Of a DNA stretch of 64,000 bases, positions 29,266 to 39,315 are shown in pieces; the stretch's first letter is position 1; each line of letters opens with the position of its first letter. Origin of the DNA: Oryzomonas japonica. Lineage in GTDB: Bacteria > Desulfobacterota > Desulfuromonadia > Geobacterales > Pseudopelobacteraceae. A model generated the notes under the pieces. That model saw only the letters and a program-made list of their open reading frames with translations, was not told where the DNA came from and did no database searches. Position numbers and translations under genes: made by a program. The stretch spans positions 129,501 through 193,500 of the forward strand of contig NZ_VZQZ01000011.1 in the NCBI RefSeq assembly GCF_008802365.1, given 5' to 3'.

Positions 29266-29844
29266 ATGGCAAAACTTGATAAGCGTAGTGAAATAGTGCG
29301 TGCGGCGGTGCAGATCATCGCCGACCAGGGATTCCATGGCTCCCCCATGGCCATGATCGCCGAGCGGGCCGGGGTGGCGGCCGGGACGATCTACTGCTAC
29401 TTCGAGAGCAAGGACATCCTCATCAAGGAGTTGTATCGGGAGATAGAGGGGAAATTACTGGAGGCGCTCCGGGTTGGCTACCAGACGGAACGCCCCATCA
29501 GGGAGCGTTTTCTGCACCTCGGCATCAACTTCCTCAAGTACTTCGTTGCCCACCCCCTCGAATCCAAGTACATGGAGCAGTTTCACAACTCCCCCTATGG
29601 AGTGGACCTGCGCCGGGGCAGGTTTGCCAAAGAATTCAAGGACGACGACCTCCTGTATCTGGAGTTGTTCGAGCAGGGAGTCGCCCAGCAGGTCATCAAG
29701 GACCTGCCCACTATCTTACTCTTTGCCCTGGCCTTCGGACCAGTGATCACCCTGACCCGGGACCATATTCTCGGGTTTATAGAACTGGACGACGCGCTCA
29801 TTGAGAAGACCATCGCGGCATGCTGGGACGGCATCAAACGATAG
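29266..29844 (+). CDS. TetR/AcrR family transcriptional regulator
   Basis: HTH region (AVQIIADQGFHGSPMAMIAERAGVAAGTIYCYFESKD). Confidence 0.75.
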   Translation: MAKLDKRSEIVRAAVQIIADQGFHGSPMAMIAERAGVAAGTIYCYFESKDILIKELYREIEGKLLEALRVGYQTERPIRERFLHLGINFLKYFVAHPLESKYMEQFHNSPYGVDLRRGRFAKEFKDDDLLYLELFEQGVAQQVIKDLPTILLFALAFGPVITLTRDHILGFIELDDALIEKTIAACWDGIKR

Positions 29845-29881
29845 GCCGGCGTTGTCAAAAAAACCGCATGAAGGACCCGAT

Positions 29882-32521
29882 ATGACAGAAACTGCCCATA
29901 CCACCATTCACCGTCACGATTACCGTCCGCCCGACTATACCGTTGAAAGCGTCGATCTCCGCTTTGAGTTGGGGGAGGACACGACGCTCGTCCGCTCCCG
30001 CCTTGCCCTGCGGGCGGCTTATGACCGCTCCGGGGGAGAGCGGCCGTTGGTTCTGGACGGCCACCGTTTCGTACTGCGCAGCCTCTCCCTCGACGGGACG
30101 CCCCTTGCCCCGGAGGCCTTCCAGGTGTCGGCAGAGACGCTCGTCGTGCCGTCGGTTCCCGCCAGCTTCACCCTGGAGGTGGAAACCGAACTGCGCCCCC
30201 AGGACAATACCTTTCTCGAAGGGCTCTATCGCTCCAACGGGATGTTCTGTACCCAGTGCGAGGCCCAGGGTTTCCGCTCCATCACCTACTACCCGGACCG
30301 TCCCGATGTCCTTTCCATCTTCACCGTCACCGTCGTCGCCGACCGCGAGCGCTACCCGGTGCTTCTGTCCAACGGCAACCCGCTGGACAGGGGCGAACTG
30401 CCGGATGGCCGCCACTTCATCACCTGGCACGACCCGTTCAGGAAGCCGAGCTACCTCTTCGCCCTGGTGGCCGGCAGGCTGGCCTGCATCGAGGACTCTT
30501 TTACGACCTGCTCGGGCCGGGAGGTGAGCCTGCGGCTCTATCTCCAGGAGGCCAACCGCAACAAGGGTGGGCACGCCCTCCGTTCCCTGAAAAAGGCCAT
30601 GCGCTGGGACGAGGAAACCTTTGGCCGGGAATACGACCTGGACTGCTACATGATCGTGGCGGTGGACGATTTCAACATGGGGGCCATGGAAAACAAGGGG
30701 CTCAACATCTTCAATTCCTGCTACGTCCTGGCCACCCCCGAAACCGCCACAGATACGGACTACCAGGCCATCGAGGAGGTCATCGGCCACGAGTATTTCC
30801 ATAACTGGAGCGGCAACCGGGTTACCTGCCGCGACTGGTTCCAGCTCTCCCTCAAAGAGGGGCTCACCATCTTCCGCGACCAGGAGTTTTCCGCCGACAT
30901 GGAATCGCGCGGCGTGAAGCGCATCGCCGATGTCCGCTACCTGCGCACCGCACAGTTCGCCGAGGATGGCGGCCCGCTGGCGCACCCGGTCCGCCCCGAA
31001 TCCTACATGGAGATCAACAACTTCTACACCGCGACCGTCTACAACAAGGGGGGTGAGCTGATCCGCATGCTCCGCACCTTGCTGGGCGCAGAGCGTTTCA
31101 GAAAGGGTATGGACCTCTACTTCGAACGCCATGACGGGCAGGCGGTCACGATTGAGGACTTTGTCCAGGCCATGGCCGATGCGAGTAATATGGACCTCGG
31201 TCAGTTCCGCCTCTGGTACAGCCAGGCCGGAACGCCGCTTATGGAGGCATCGAGCTCATTTGAAGCGGCCGACGGCGTCTTCACTCTGACGGTGCGCCAG
31301 TCCTGCCCCCCCACCCCTGGGCAGCCGGATAAACAACCGTTCCACATCCCGCTGGTCGTCGGCCTCCTGGACCGGGCCGGCCGGGAGCTTCCCGTCACCC
31401 TGTTCGGCGAACCGGCGCCCGGCCCCACCACCAGGATTCTCGAGGTGAACAGGGCCGAACAGACGTTTCACTTCTCCGGTCTGGACAGCGAGCCGGTGCC
31501 GGCCCTGCTGCGCGGCTACTCTGCCCCGGTAAAGCTGGATTACCCCTACCGCCCTGACGACCTCGTACTTCTCATGGCCCACGAGACCGATCCGTTCTGT
31601 CGCTGGGAAGCGGGCCAGCAATTGGCGGCGCAGGTCATTCTCTCCCTGGTGGCCGACCAGCAGGCCGGCCGGGAACTCAAGCCGGACCAGGCGTTCGTGG
31701 CGGCCTACCGAGCCGCCCTTACCAGTGGGGAGCCGGATCGAGCCTTTCTGGCCGAGGCGCTCACGCTGCCGTCGGAGAAATACTTGGCCGAACTGATGCC
31801 GGTCATTGACCCGGAGGCCATCCACATCGCCCGCAGGTTCATGATCCACACCCTGGCGACGCAGTTGCGGAGCGATTTTCTGGCGGTGCGCGAGGCGTGC
31901 CGCAGTGCGCTCCCCTACGGGGTGGACGACGGCCGTTCGGGAGAACGCCGCCTGGCCAACCTCTGTTTGGCCTACCTGATGAGTCTGGAAGAGCAGGCCA
32001 TCACCGAACTCTGCATCCAGCAGTACCGCACATCGGACAACATGACCGACACCATGGGGGCGCTTGGGCCGCTGGCCTCGTGCGACTGCCCCGAGCGCAG
32101 CCAGGTGCTGGAGGATTTCTACCGTCACTGGCAGGGAGATCGCCTCGTGGTGGACAAGTGGTTCTCGCTCAGAGCCCTGTCGGATCTCCCCGGCACCCTT
32201 GACGACGCCCGGGCGCTCATCGGCCATCCGGCTTTCGAACTTGCCAATCCCAACCGTTTCCGCGCCCTGGTAGGAGCCTTCAGCCAGAACCAGCCCCACT
32301 TCCATGCCCCCGACGGCGCAGGTTACCGGTTTCTGGTCGATCAACTGCTCCGCCTCATCCCGCTCAACCCCCAGGTTTCCGCCCGCCTGCTTGCGCCGTT
32401 GACCACTTGGCGGCGCTTCGAGCCGGGGAGACAGGCGCTCATGCAGCAGGAGTTGAGACGGATCCAGGCACTTCCCCAATTGCCCAGGGATGTCTATGAG
32501 GTCGTAGAAAAGAGCCTGTAA
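29882..32521 (+). CDS. pepN: aminopeptidase N (M1 family)
   Basis: Gluzincin HEYFHNWSGNRVT...LKEGLT motif and GAMEN exopeptidase motif. 879 aa. Start at MTETAHTT chosen over the upstream in-frame ATG. Confidence 0.9.
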   Translation: MTETAHTTIHRHDYRPPDYTVESVDLRFELGEDTTLVRSRLALRAAYDRSGGERPLVLDGHRFVLRSLSLDGTPLAPEAFQVSAETLVVPSVPASFTLEVETELRPQDNTFLEGLYRSNGMFCTQCEAQGFRSITYYPDRPDVLSIFTVTVVADRERYPVLLSNGNPLDRGELPDGRHFITWHDPFRKPSYLFALVAGRLACIEDSFTTCSGREVSLRLYLQEANRNKGGHALRSLKKAMRWDEETFGREYDLDCYMIVAVDDFNMGAMENKGLNIFNSCYVLATPETATDTDYQAIEEVIGHEYFHNWSGNRVTCRDWFQLSLKEGLTIFRDQEFSADMESRGVKRIADVRYLRTAQFAEDGGPLAHPVRPESYMEINNFYTATVYNKGGELIRMLRTLLGAERFRKGMDLYFERHDGQAVTIEDFVQAMADASNMDLGQFRLWYSQAGTPLMEASSSFEAADGVFTLTVRQSCPPTPGQPDKQPFHIPLVVGLLDRAGRELPVTLFGEPAPGPTTRILEVNRAEQTFHFSGLDSEPVPALLRGYSAPVKLDYPYRPDDLVLLMAHETDPFCRWEAGQQLAAQVILSLVADQQAGRELKPDQAFVAAYRAALTSGEPDRAFLAEALTLPSEKYLAELMPVIDPEAIHIARRFMIHTLATQLRSDFLAVREACRSALPYGVDDGRSGERRLANLCLAYLMSLEEQAITELCIQQYRTSDNMTDTMGALGPLASCDCPERSQVLEDFYRHWQGDRLVVDKWFSLRALSDLPGTLDDARALIGHPAFELANPNRFRALVGAFSQNQPHFHAPDGAGYRFLVDQLLRLIPLNPQVSARLLAPLTTWRRFEPGRQALMQQELRRIQALPQLPRDVYEVVEKSL

Positions 32522-32604
32522 CCTGAGCCCTGGCAAAACGGCCGGGCACTATTCGAGACAACACGGGTTTGAAGGATTGGAGCAACAGGCTGCGGGGAGG
32601 ATTC

Positions 32605-33017
32605 CTACCCGAGGCATTCCGGCAGTGAATATCCGGGATTGATAGGGATATCGAAATGTATCCCCGTTGAAAACTCCATGATTTTCTCGATCCGGACCAT
32701 GAACCTGGTCAAGGCGGGGGTAACGTCCAGTGGCCTAGGGACGGCGCGCTCTCCTTCGACCATATCGTCGTGGGGCTTGACGACCCGGCCGATCAACTGA
32801 TAGCCCGTCTTCGATCCGGGCGCGGCCACAACAACCGCAACATGGGTGTTGCGGGTAATATTGTGCAGCGTCACCGGGCAAAACCAGTTTTCGAACACCA
32901 GAAGCGACCCGCCACTCACGGTCAGATGATTACCGGCTGCTACGTGAGGATGTCCCTTTGCATCCGCAGAAGCCACATAGACCACGGGAGTGCTTTCAAT
33001 GAACTGGCGCAGCGCTT
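32605..33017 (-). CDS. pyridoxamine 5-prime-phosphate oxidase-like FMN-binding protein
   Basis: 137 aa from MISEALRQFIESTPVVYVASADAKGHPHVAAG... Typical split-barrel. Upstream in-frame extension lacks coding character. Confidence 0.6.
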
Positions 33018-34154
33018 CCGAAATCATGTCGGCACCTCTTCTTGCAGCAACGCTCCCGAACACACAATGCGTATCAACTCTCACCACTCTTACAATACAT
33101 CGCAGGATACGCGCCAACAACACAACAAAAAAATAGCGCAATTAAATAAGCATATTGCAGCATCCGCCCAATCCTCTGCAATCAGGGGGAGTGCAATAAA
33201 ACTTGCAGCGGAAGCACGCATGAAACGAGTAATGGGCCTGAAAATGGCAATTTGCGGGGCGAGTACATCTTTATTGCTTATGCAACAAAGATTGCTGAAT
33301 ATGGGGCAGCGTCTGGGACGAGAGGACGACGGCCTGATCCTGCGGCGAAGGATACCTTACAGGCGCCTGCCGATGGCGCAGGCTTCCCTCCACACAACAA
33401 CGGTTCTACTGACGCACGTTGGCTCCCTTCTACCTGCGGCTCAAAAACTTAGCCTGCGCTCCTCACCCGCACCGGTTCGGAAAGTTCCTTTACCTGGAAG
33501 CGGGATGAATTGGCCGACCTTGGCGACAACGTCTGCTCGGCACTCCCCGGGGCATGGAAGAAATTGTCCGATGAAGACAATCCATTCTTGGTAAAAATCC
33601 CCCTGGTGGTTTTGTAAACAGAACAAATCAATGGCTATATAATGCCCACCCCGGCCATTGGTGCGTTCAATCCGCCAGCGCCTATGACGTTGCGCACCCA
33701 AAGGATCTTCATAGTTATGCGTGCCGACTTTCTCCCCCTCTTCATACAATGCTACCAACCTCATAACTAACGAACACGACTATCGCATAGATGCTGAGGT
33801 CAAAGAGCCCCACGCATACTGTCAGGTGTGTAGCTCCACCGATATCGTCGGCCTTGACCGCAATAAGCGGTTGGCGAGCGATCTGCCTATATACGGTAAA
33901 CGAGTTGGAATCTATGTGGATACCGATTTTTTACTGCGTCAAAAAGATACAAATGAAGGGCGAAAGATATGCTTTCGGTGTTATGTTTTTATATAAAAAC
34001 AGATAGATAGGCATATTATACAAGCATGTTAATTATTTTAACACTTTGAAATTACATTGTGATTTTGTTTTCTGTCATGTAGAAGAAAGTATATTTTCAA
34101 TGATAAGCAATAGCCATCTAGTTGAAACGCGGAACATCACCTAGGAGGAACCTC

Positions 34155-36686
34155 ATGTACGATGCTGTAGCCCTCTTTTCCTGGATTGCCCATCATTACT
34201 ACTACTTTCTCGCCTTTACCGTCCTTGTCATCCTGCTCTGGAACTCGGTGGTGGTGGTCGGCGGCAACGAGATCGCCCTTATCGAACGCAGGTGGTTCGG
34301 CAGCAAGATGCCCCAGGGACGGGTCGTGGCCCTGGGCAAAGAGGTCGGCATCCAGGCGCGGACCCTCGGCCCCGGCCTGCATTTCCTGATTCCATTCATC
34401 TACAAGGCAACCAAGAGCGTCTTTACCGAGATTTTGGAGAACGAGATAGGCCTGATCGAGTCAGTGGATGGCTCGGCCATCCCCTCCGGACGAATTTTTG
34501 CCACGGTGGTGGCCGGCCATAACTCCTTTCAGGACGGCGAAACCTTCATCAAAAACGGCGGCCAGAAGGGGCCACAGATCGAGGTGCTGCCTCCGGGCAA
34601 ATACCGGATTAACCCCTACCTGTTCAAGCTGACCAAGGGGAGTGTCACCGAGATCAAGGATTTCGAGATCGGCATCGTGGAGTCGGTTGACGGCGTCGCC
34701 ATCCCGGAGGGAAAGATCTTTGCCCAGGCAGTGGCAGGCCACTCGTCCTTTCAGAACGGCGAGGCATTCATCACCAACAGCGGCCAGAAGGGGCCACAGA
34801 TCGAGATCATCCCGCCGGGCAACTACCGTATCAACCCCTATCTGTTCAAGGTAACAAAAGGCGAGGCCACCAAGATCAATGAAGGGGAGATCGGCCTGGT
34901 CGAGTCTGCCGATGGTTCTGCTATACCGGCCGGCCGCATCTTTGCCAATGTGGTGCCGGGACACAACTCCTTCCAATCCGGCCAGGATTTCATCAAGAGT
35001 GGCGGCCAGAAAGGGCCTCAGACAGAGATTCTGCCGCCGGGCGTCTACCGTATCCATCCGAATCTCTTCAAGATCACCAAGGCCGCAGCCGTGGTAATCG
35101 CCAAAGGCGAGGTCGGCATGGTCACGGCCCAGGACGGCGCCCCCATCCCCATGGGGCGGCTCCTGGCCCAGAGCGTACAGGGACACTCCAATTACGAAAA
35201 CGGCGAGGTGTTCCTGAAGAACGGCGGCCAGAAGGGCCCCCAGATCGACGTGCTGCTGCCGGGCACCTATCGCATCAACCTGAACCTGTTCCAGGTGCAG
35301 GTTGCTCCCGCCGTGGTCATCGAGGCCAACAAGGTCGGCCTGGTAACCGCCCTGGACGGCATCCCGCTGCCGGAACGGGAATACGTGGCCTCCCCCATCA
35401 GTGGCCACAACGATTACCAGGACGGTTCCGCCTTCCTGACCAAACAGGGACAACGCGGCCCGCAATTGGACGTGCTGCGGCCGGGCACCTATTACATCAA
35501 CCCGTTCATGTTCAGCGTAGAACTCGATGATGTGGCCGTGATCGAACGCGGTCAGGTCGGGGTCGTGGTGTCGAACGTGGGCGAGGACCCCACGGAGGAA
35601 ATGAAGAAACGGCTCGGTTCCTCACAGAATGGCGCCACTGAGGAAGAAGGCAAGGAAAAGTATGTCGTGCCCACGGGATTCCGCGGCATCCAGGAGGAGG
35701 TGGCCGGTCCGGGGCGCTATTACCTCAACCGCCGGGCTTTCATGGTGTACGTGATCGACACCACCAACATCACCATCGACTGGGACGACCAGGAAGACAC
35801 CCGCTTCGACCAGTTGACGGTCATTTCCAAGGACGGCTTCCCGATCCAGGTTTCGGTCAAGGTCGTGATCCGCGTGCGTCCGGACCAAGCCCCCTACATG
35901 GTGGCCAAGGTCGGCTCCATCGACAACCTGATCCAACACGTCATCCACCCCATGATCGACTCATCGTTCCGTAACCAGGCTTCCACCGCCTCGGCCATGA
36001 ACTTTCTCCAGAGCCGTTCGGAGGAGCAGACCAAGGCCGAAAACCGTGCCCGGACAGATCTTGAGCGCTATCACGTTGAGTGCGTGTCGGTCCTGATCTG
36101 CCAGATCCGCCTGCCCGAGGAATTGATGCAGACCCAGACCAAGCGGATCATCGCCGAGCAACAGCAGGAGATGTACAAGATGGAGCAAAGGTCCCAAGCG
36201 GAGCGCACCGAGATGGAGAAAATGCGCGCCACCGCCGACCAGCAGCCCACCCTGGTGGCATCGGAGATTGCCGTGAAGGTGGCCACCCAGAAGAAGACCG
36301 AGATGATCACCCTGGCCGAAGGCACGGCAGAGTCCAAGGCCTTGGAAGGCGTCGGCGAGGGCAAGCGGCTGAAGGCCATCGGCGACGGCGAAGCGTCCAA
36401 GATCGCGGCCATCGGTGAGGCGACCGCCCAGGCCTACAGCAAACAGCAGGAGGCCATCGGCGAAGAGGCCATCAAGCAGATCAAGATCGTTGAGCTGATC
36501 TCCACCGCCATCCAAAACGGCAACATCAAGATCGTCCCGGATGTCTTGGTCACGGGCGGCGGCAATGCCACGGAAGGGCTGATGGGGATGCTGACGAAAC
36601 TGCTGCCCGGAGTGGATATACCGGCGTTGGTGAAACAATCCGCACCATCTGCCGCGATAGGGCGACCGGAGTCGGGGCGGGCGTAA
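34155..36686 (+). CDS. flotillin/SPFH (band-7) family protein with N-terminal TM and five tandem 74-aa repeats
   Basis: RBS AGGAGG 6 nt upstream. TM anchor. Repeated SPFH-N-like units (EIGxVESxDG..IP.GrIFA..V.GH..FqnGe.F...GGQKGPQ.e.LpPG.YRINP.LF). C-terminal flotillin coiled-coil/EA-rich region (EQQQEMYKMEQRSQAE...). Confidence 0.8.
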   Translation: MYDAVALFSWIAHHYYYFLAFTVLVILLWNSVVVVGGNEIALIERRWFGSKMPQGRVVALGKEVGIQARTLGPGLHFLIPFIYKATKSVFTEILENEIGLIESVDGSAIPSGRIFATVVAGHNSFQDGETFIKNGGQKGPQIEVLPPGKYRINPYLFKLTKGSVTEIKDFEIGIVESVDGVAIPEGKIFAQAVAGHSSFQNGEAFITNSGQKGPQIEIIPPGNYRINPYLFKVTKGEATKINEGEIGLVESADGSAIPAGRIFANVVPGHNSFQSGQDFIKSGGQKGPQTEILPPGVYRIHPNLFKITKAAAVVIAKGEVGMVTAQDGAPIPMGRLLAQSVQGHSNYENGEVFLKNGGQKGPQIDVLLPGTYRINLNLFQVQVAPAVVIEANKVGLVTALDGIPLPEREYVASPISGHNDYQDGSAFLTKQGQRGPQLDVLRPGTYYINPFMFSVELDDVAVIERGQVGVVVSNVGEDPTEEMKKRLGSSQNGATEEEGKEKYVVPTGFRGIQEEVAGPGRYYLNRRAFMVYVIDTTNITIDWDDQEDTRFDQLTVISKDGFPIQVSVKVVIRVRPDQAPYMVAKVGSIDNLIQHVIHPMIDSSFRNQASTASAMNFLQSRSEEQTKAENRARTDLERYHVECVSVLICQIRLPEELMQTQTKRIIAEQQQEMYKMEQRSQAERTEMEKMRATADQQPTLVASEIAVKVATQKKTEMITLAEGTAESKALEGVGEGKRLKAIGDGEASKIAAIGEATAQAYSKQQEAIGEEAIKQIKIVELISTAIQNGNIKIVPDVLVTGGGNATEGLMGMLTKLLPGVDIPALVKQSAPSAAIGRPESGRA
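34443..35552 (+). repeat. intragenic tandem repeat, 5 x 222 bp (encodes the 74-aa units of the flotillin-like protein)
   Basis: Units begin EIGLIES, EIGIVES, EIGLVES, EVGMVTA and KVGLVTA with conserved GGQKGPQ..LPPG.YRINP cores. Degenerate copies flank on both sides. Confidence 0.7.
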
Positions 36687-36742
36687 CAGGTTGCGATGCC
36701 TATGATATCACGAGGAATGTTTTCAGGCGGAGACGGAGCACC

Positions 36743-37483
36743 ATGATCTGCCCCAAATGCACCCATGAACAGCCTGACGGCTCCGACCACTGCCTGCGTT
36801 GCGGCGTTATCTTCGCCAAGGTGCATTCTGCGCCGCAACTGGTAACCGTTGAAGTCGCCGCAACGCCTACCGCTACCTTGTCAGGGGTGACCGGTCCGTT
36901 CAAAGAACGACTGTTCGCGGTTGAGGCGGAGGAAAACCGGCTATTGCTGGCGGGACGTTTCTGCCTCTGGCTGGGCCTCGCCGTATGGGGAGTCCGGTTC
37001 ATGACGGCGCCAATCAGCGGGGAGTTTTTCAACCAATCGTTCATGCACCTGATCAACCTCCCTTTCCACGAGGCGGGTCACCTCTTTTTCTCTCCCTTCG
37101 GCAGATTTCTCCAGGTCCTGGGCGGTACCCTGGGGCAATGGATCATACCGTTAGTGGTAACAGTGGCCTTCCTTCTCAAGACGGACCGGTTTGCCGCCTC
37201 GGTCGGCCTCTGGTGGCTCGGCCAGAGCTTCATGGACATCGCGCCCTACATGGACGACGCCCGGGCCGGGCAGTTGATGCTCCTGGGCGGGGTTACCGGG
37301 AGCGAGGTGGCGGATTACCACGACTGGGAGATCATCCTGACCCGCCTGGGGTGGATGCGGTACGACCACCTCATCGCACGCCTCTCCTTCGGCTGCGGCG
37401 CGGTCCTGATGCTTGCGGCGCTCCTGTGGGGCGGCTGGGTGCTGTACCGCCAGAAGGGCGCGGGCGTATCGAGGCGTTCATGA
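36743..37483 (+). CDS. zinc-ribbon plus polytopic membrane protein with HEAGH (HExxH) motif
   Basis: N-terminal CPKC...CLRCG zinc ribbon. Then 5-6 TM helices with HEAGH in the first hydrophobic region. Stop overlaps the plsY start. Confidence 0.6.
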   Translation: MICPKCTHEQPDGSDHCLRCGVIFAKVHSAPQLVTVEVAATPTATLSGVTGPFKERLFAVEAEENRLLLAGRFCLWLGLAVWGVRFMTAPISGEFFNQSFMHLINLPFHEAGHLFFSPFGRFLQVLGGTLGQWIIPLVVTVAFLLKTDRFAASVGLWWLGQSFMDIAPYMDDARAGQLMLLGGVTGSEVADYHDWEIILTRLGWMRYDHLIARLSFGCGAVLMLAALLWGGWVLYRQKGAGVSRRS

Positions 37484-38082
37484 CACAAACCATTATCGCC
37501 ATAACCGTCGCCTACCTGCTGGGCTGTTTCGCCACCGGCTACTACCTGGTGCGGTTTTTGACCGGCCAGGATATCCGCGCCACTGCCAGCGGCAACCTGG
37601 GGAGCCGCAACGTGGGGCGTCTGTTGGGCACCAAAGGTTTTATCCTCACCTTTCTCGGCGATGCCGGGAAGGGGCTGCTGGCGGTCTGGCTGGCCCGTTA
37701 CCTGAGCCCCGCCCCGTGGCTTCCCTGCGCCGCCCTGCTGGCGGCTGTTGCCGGGCACATCTGGCCGATACAGCTCGGCCTGCGCGGCGGCAAGGGGTTC
37801 GCCACCTTCGCGGGTGGAATGATCCTGCTCAAGCCGCTGGTGCTGCTGACCGGCCTGGCCCTCTGCGCCGTGGCCTATCCGTTTCTGCGCGGCACCACCA
37901 AGACCGGCCTGGTGGCCCTGGCCTGCTCCCCCCTGTTTGTCGTAGCAGGGCATCTGCGGAGCGGCACCCCACCCGTATCGGTGGAAACGACGCTCTACTG
38001 CCTGCTGGTGCTCGTGGTCCTCTACGCCCACCGTACCAACATCCGCAAGGAATTTTTCAATCGCGGCGGCTGTTTGGGATAA
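37479..38082 (+). CDS. plsY: glycerol-3-phosphate acyltransferase PlsY
   Basis: SGNLGSRNVGR (SGNxGxxN) motif. Five-TM, 200-aa protein. Confidence 0.85.
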
Positions 38083-38131
38083 TACCGGAGGCTCCTGATT
38101 TGTGCAAAACTGCCAACACACGGATATCACC

Positions 38132-39274
38132 ATGACCGGCACCACCGGTAAACGGCAAAAAATCGCCATCCTGAGCGTCTCGGCCGGCGCCGGCCACGTG
38201 CGGGCCGCCCAGGCGCTCCAGGCCGCGGCGGAGAAATGGTATCCCAACCTGGAAACGGTCCACGTGGACCTGATGGCGCTGGTGCCCAAACTGTTCAAGA
38301 CCATCTACGCCGACACCTATATCAAGGTGGTGGAACGCCACCCGGCCTTTTGGGGCTACCTCTACGACAAGACCGACCGCGACAAGGTGGATTCGGCCCT
38401 GAGCCGCCTGAGGAGCGCCATCGAGCGGCTAAATACCCGGAAGCTGAAACGGGTGCTGGCCGAGATCGCCCCGGACCATGTGATCTGCACCCACTTCCTG
38501 CCGGCCCAACTGCTGGCGCGCCAGATCCGCAAGGGAGAGTTCAAACGGCCGGTCTGGGTACAGGTGACCGATTTCGACGTGCATGCCCTCTGGATTCACG
38601 AGGGGTTGAACGGCTACTTCGCCGCCCACGACGAGGTGGCTTGGCGCATGGCCGAGCGGGGTATCCCGGCGACCGGCGTTCGGGTGACCGGCATCCCGAT
38701 CATGCCGGCTTTCGGACAAAAATTGGACCGCGCCACCTGCGCCGCTGAACTGGGGCTCGATCCCGGCCGGAAAACGTTCTTGATGATGTCCGGCGGCGCC
38801 GGTGTGGGGAGTATCCAATTTCTGGCCGAACGGCTGCTCAAACTGGAGGGGGATTTCCAGATCGTGGCCCTGGCGGGAAAAAACGAGCGACTGCTGGCCG
38901 ATCTCCGGGCCATGGCCCACCACCATCCGGGCCGGCTCTTCCCCCTTGGGTTCACCAAGGTGATCGAGCGGGCCATGGCGGCTAGCGACCTGGCCATCAC
39001 CAAGCCGGGCGGCCTGACCACCTCGGAATGCCTGGCCATGGGGCTGCCCATGATCGTGGTATCGCCGATCCCGGGCCAGGAGGAACGCAACGCCGATTTC
39101 CTGCTGGAAAACGGTGCGGCCATGAAGGCCTGCGACGCCGGTGCCCTGGCCTGGCGGGTTGATATGCTGCTGCACGAGCCGGAGCGTCTGGCGCGCATGG
39201 GGGAGAAGGCCCTGGGGCTGGGGCGGCCGGATGCGGCCCGGCAGGTGTTGGAGATCGTTCAGGGCACGTTCTAA
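38132..39274 (+). CDS. MGDG-synthase/MurG-like glycosyltransferase (diacylglycerol glycosyltransferase family, GT28)
   Basis: N-terminal ILSVSAGAGHVRAAQAL and C-terminal GT-B fold (KPGGLTTSECLAMGLPMIV). Confidence 0.7.
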   Translation: MTGTTGKRQKIAILSVSAGAGHVRAAQALQAAAEKWYPNLETVHVDLMALVPKLFKTIYADTYIKVVERHPAFWGYLYDKTDRDKVDSALSRLRSAIERLNTRKLKRVLAEIAPDHVICTHFLPAQLLARQIRKGEFKRPVWVQVTDFDVHALWIHEGLNGYFAAHDEVAWRMAERGIPATGVRVTGIPIMPAFGQKLDRATCAAELGLDPGRKTFLMMSGGAGVGSIQFLAERLLKLEGDFQIVALAGKNERLLADLRAMAHHHPGRLFPLGFTKVIERAMAASDLAITKPGGLTTSECLAMGLPMIVVSPIPGQEERNADFLLENGAAMKACDAGALAWRVDMLLHEPERLARMGEKALGLGRPDAARQVLEIVQGTF

Positions 39275-39315
39275 ATCCTTTTCCCCGCACAAACAAGCTG
39301 AAGGTGAAACCGTCT

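Noticed and set aside
29801-29881. Longer N-terminal extension of pepN starting at 29801
   Set aside because: The extension (MRRPSRHAGTASNDRPALSKKPHEGPD) overlaps the upstream tetR 3-prime end and has no RBS. MTETAHTT at 29882 aligns with the PepN N-terminus.
32770-33594. 274-aa plus-strand ORF
   Set aside because: It is antisense to the PNPOx-like gene for half its length, then runs through AT-rich non-coding DNA. Its translation is His/Arg/Gln-rich low complexity without motifs.
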